From Bacteroidales bacterium (GTDB lineage: Bacteria; Bacteroidota; Bacteroidia; Bacteroidales; UBA932): a stretch of DNA of 64,000 nucleotides. Shown one piece after another: positions 61,593 through 64,000 of this stretch. The first letter of the stretch is position 1; the number at the start of each line of letters is the position of its first letter. The translations under genes and the position numbers were made by a program. The DNA lies in contig JAFRNC010000009.1 of assembly GCA_017430365.1 (NCBI GenBank), positions 161,804 to 225,803 on the forward strand. The letters run 5' to 3'. Below the pieces are notes generated by a model, which did not search any database, was not told the DNA's origin, and saw only the letters and a program-made list of their open reading frames with translations.

Positions 61593-62000
61593 CTACCAGA
61601 CGAATTCGATGACCTTTTTGATGTCCGGGTGGATGCTGTTCGCCACCGGGCAGGTTTTTGCGGCGTTCTCGATTAGTTTCTTCTCCTTGTCGGAGTAGTT
61701 GCTTCCCTCGGGGAACCTGATTTCGAGGTGCAGCTCGGCGACCCTGCGCGGGTTTGCAGCCATTATCTTTTCGGTGGTTATGGTCGTCCCTTCTATCGAG
61801 AAACCATAGGTGCGGGCGGTCATGCCCATTATGGTCAGCATGCAGCAGCCCAGCGAAGTTGCGAAAAGGTCGGTGGGGGAGAAAAGGGAGCCGTCGCCGT
61901 TGTTGTCCTTGGGAGCGACTGTGCGGATCTTGCTGCCTGAGTCGAGATGTTCGGCTTCGCACCGGAGGTCGCCCAGGTAGATGGTTTTCATTTTTGTCAT
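61593..62000 (-). CDS. OsmC-family peroxiredoxin-like protein
   Basis: 135 aa with an OsmC-like pattern: SPTDLFATSLGCCMLT and AAKTCPVANS. Confidence 0.75.
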   Translation of the reverse strand: MTKMKTIYLGDLRCEAEHLDSGSKIRTVAPKDNNGDGSLFSPTDLFATSLGCCMLTIMGMTARTYGFSIEGTTITTEKIMAANPRRVAELHLEIRFPEGSNYSDKEKKLIENAAKTCPVANSIHPDIKKVIEFVW

Positions 62001-62012
62001 ATCGATGTATTT

Positions 62013-63419
62013 TTAGAGTTCTTTCCTCAGCCGTGCGATGGGGATGTTCAACTGCTCGCGGTATTTCGCCACGGTGCGCCGTGCCACTTTGTATCCCTTT
62101 TCGCTGAGTACCTTGACCAGCTCTTCGTCGGTAAGAGGCTTACGCTTGTCCTCCTCGTTGATGCTGTCGGTGAGTATGGTCTTTATTTCCCGTGTCGACA
62201 CCTCCTCGCCGTCGTTGGCGACCAGGCCCTCGGAGAAGAAATATTTGAGCGGATAGATGCCGAAGTGTGTCTGGACGTATTTGCAGTTGACGACCCTGGA
62301 TATGGTCGAGATGTCCAGGCCGGTCTTCTCTGCTATGTTGCGCAGGACCATGGGCTTGAGGAGCGTCTCGTCGCCGTCGATGAAGAAGTCGTGCTGATAG
62401 TCTATTATGGCGTTCATCGTGTTCTGCAGCGTGTTGTGACGCTGCTTGATGGCCTCGATGAACCATTTCGCGGAGTCGAGTTTCTGCTTGACGAAACTGG
62501 CGGCCTCCTTCTTTTCCCTGGTGGCGCTGTTGGCGGCTTCCATGAGCACGTCGGCGTAGCGCTTGTTTACCTTGAGTTCGGGGATGGAGAATCTCGGCAT
62601 GGACATCACCGGCTCTCCCTCCTTGAGTTCGACCAGGAAGTCGGGTACCACCTGCTGGATCTGTTCGGAGTAGGAGTCGTCTATCTGTCCGCCGGGGCGG
62701 GGATTGAGCCTGACTATCTCCCCGATAGCCTCTTTCAGGTCCTCGTCGGTGATGCCGAGTTTCCCGGTGATCTTGTTGTAGTGCTTCTTGGTGAATTCGG
62801 TGAAGAAATCCTTCAATATGCGTTTGGCCAGTTCCACCTGGGGTGTCTGCTTCTTGGCTCCCAGCTGGAGCAGCAGGCATTCCTGCAGGTTGCGGGCCCC
62901 TACGCCGACCGGGTCGAACTCCTGGATCATCTTGAGCAGTTCCTCCACCTCATTCTCATCGGTCTCTATCCCGAGACGGAATGATATGTCGTCGGAGAGC
63001 GATTCGAGGTCGCGGCGCAGATAGCCGTCGTCGTCTATCATGCCTATGATGAAGAGGGCGATCTGCCGTCTGCGGTCGTCGAGCCTGCAGTATCCGAGCT
63101 GGGCCTCGAGGCTCTGGTGGAAACTCTCCCGTACCGAGAAAGTGTTGTACTGGGGTTTGAGGTCCTTTCCCTGATTGTTGACGTATAGTTTGTAGGAGGG
63201 TGTAGGATCGCTTCCGCTGTATTCGCTCAGGGAGACGTTCTTTTTCTCCTCGCCTTCAGGAGAGTCGTCGGTAACCTCCTCCAGCACGGGGTTTTCCTCC
63301 AGCTCCTTCTGGATGCGCTGCTCCAACTCGGGGGCCGGAAGTTCAAGCAGCTTGATGGTCTGGATCTGCAGCGGCGAGAGCTTCTGGATCTGTTTGAGTT
63401 GTTGAGTCTGCTTCAGCAT
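62013..63419 (-). CDS. rpoN: RNA polymerase sigma-54 factor
   Basis: 468 aa. N-terminal QLKQIQKLSPLQIQ region I and C-terminal RpoN box ARRTVAKYREQL. Confidence 0.9.
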   Translation of the reverse strand: MLKQTQQLKQIQKLSPLQIQTIKLLELPAPELEQRIQKELEENPVLEEVTDDSPEGEEKKNVSLSEYSGSDPTPSYKLYVNNQGKDLKPQYNTFSVRESFHQSLEAQLGYCRLDDRRRQIALFIIGMIDDDGYLRRDLESLSDDISFRLGIETDENEVEELLKMIQEFDPVGVGARNLQECLLLQLGAKKQTPQVELAKRILKDFFTEFTKKHYNKITGKLGITDEDLKEAIGEIVRLNPRPGGQIDDSYSEQIQQVVPDFLVELKEGEPVMSMPRFSIPELKVNKRYADVLMEAANSATREKKEAASFVKQKLDSAKWFIEAIKQRHNTLQNTMNAIIDYQHDFFIDGDETLLKPMVLRNIAEKTGLDISTISRVVNCKYVQTHFGIYPLKYFFSEGLVANDGEEVSTREIKTILTDSINEEDKRKPLTDEELVKVLSEKGYKVARRTVAKYREQLNIPIARLRKEL

Positions 63420-63420
63420 C

Positions 63421-63888
63421 TTAGAAACCGGGAAAATTGATTTGTTCCTTGACGACGAAGACGTAGCGGTAGGCTCCGCTGTTGGTCAGCCTGCTGGCGA
63501 ACCGCTGGGCATCCGCCCTCGTGCGGAAATCACCCACGGTCACCTTGAAATAAGGGCTTACATGGCTCCTGTAGGCGCGCACGCCGGGATAGCGATTCTC
63601 GAATTCGGTCGCTATGGCTTCCGATTTGGCACGGGCCGTGCGGTCGCTGTCGAAGAAGATGCGGACGCGGTATCCCTGCATCTTGCGGCCGCTGTTGGCC
63701 ACGATATGGCGCGAGAGGGCGTTGCGCAGGTCATATGACTGGTTGACCGTGGCCGTTCCGCGCCCTTTCTGGTTTATGAGCGAGAGGATGTCCACTCCCA
63801 GATAGGTGCTGTCCACATCCTGCTGGGCGTATGCCGCGCTGCATATGGTCAGGGCGGCCATGAGTATGAGGAGCCTCTTTATTTTCAT
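63421..63888 (-). CDS. SPOR-domain protein
   Basis: 155 aa. Signal peptide present. SPOR-like stretch GYRVRIFFDSDRTARAKSEA...FKVTVGDFRTRADAQRFASRL. Confidence 0.7.
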   Translation of the reverse strand: MKIKRLLILMAALTICSAAYAQQDVDSTYLGVDILSLINQKGRGTATVNQSYDLRNALSRHIVANSGRKMQGYRVRIFFDSDRTARAKSEAIATEFENRYPGVRAYRSHVSPYFKVTVGDFRTRADAQRFASRLTNSGAYRYVFVVKEQINFPGF

Positions 63889-63896
63889 CGTTCTTT

Positions 63897-64000
63897 CATT
63901 TTTGGGGTTGAGGGAGCATCTCTCCCAACTGGTCGAGGGGTATGCGCTCCTGCTGTATTCTTCTCTTGAAAGCGCCTTTCTTTACGATGAGGTCCACGTC
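63897..64000 (-). CDS. 3' end of an unidentified gene running off the right edge
   Basis: The reverse-complement frame is open from 64000 and ends ...VDLIVKKGAFKRRIQQERIPLDQLGEMLPQPQK-stop (TGA at 63897-63899). It is too short to name. Confidence 0.4.

Noticed and set aside
1-64000. CRISPR arrays, tRNA/rRNA genes, IS elements, integrases, and phage or defence-system genes
   Set aside because: All intergenic gaps over 90 bp were read (3090-3239, 7031-7368, 12164-12680, 22055-22228, 23090-23279, 26006-26158, 30801-31003, 41942-42070, 42581-42709, 53081-53276, 59482-59679). They are accounted for by riboswitches, promoters, terminators and the 111-nt repeats. No spacer-repeat arrays, cloverleaf-capable sequences or mobile-element genes were seen.

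Overview
GC-rich Bacteroidales-type chromosomal segment. This is inferred from a SusC/SusD pair, many lipobox lipoproteins, TAnnTTTG -7 promoter boxes and B12-riboswitch/TonB loci; the GC level looks Alistipes-like by eye. All family calls come from motif recognition by reading, because no search tools were available. About 55 tightly packed CDS are present, with many ATGA start/stop overlaps. I recognised no rRNA, tRNA, CRISPR array, transposase or integrase.

Modules:
1. 1-20.7 kb is a tetrapyrrole/corrinoid acquisition island. It holds a secreted CbiK plus a membrane-anchored CobN/HmuS-like protein, then three independent cobalamin-riboswitch transcription units. Each unit has a different TonB-dependent receptor and different accessory genes: a PepSY protein; a CbiK-fold surface lipoprotein plus a DASS transporter; and a beta-propeller-like lipoprotein plus CbiA plus a BtuFCD-like ABC importer.
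2. 22-26 kb carries a wHTH/membrane-protein pair and an Lrp gene coupled to a short UvrA-like gene.
3. 26-32 kb is a metY-metX-thrA-asd methionine/threonine block.
4. 32-39 kb carries GH95, MATE, DUF3737, PatB and a serine hydrolase.
5. 39-55 kb is an envelope thiol-redox locus. It holds DsbD, four TlpA-like thioredoxin-fold proteins, a protein with a DsbD-alpha-like C-terminus, and a CAZyme-free SusC/SusD pair whose SusC is split from its STN signalling domain. A convergent ECF sigma/FecR pair closes it.
6. 55-59 kb is the corrinoid salvage operon pduO-cobQ-cobD-cbiB.
7. 59.7-64 kb carries ssb, cysS, osmC, rpoN and a SPOR protein.

The most notable non-coding signal is a family of four nested-palindromic elements, each exactly 111 nt, sitting at gene 3' ends. 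The best candidates for undescribed biology are that repeat family, the redox SusCD locus, and the unusual cargo of the B12-riboswitch operons. Many long ORFs in the track are antisense shadows of real genes, which is typical of GC-rich DNA.
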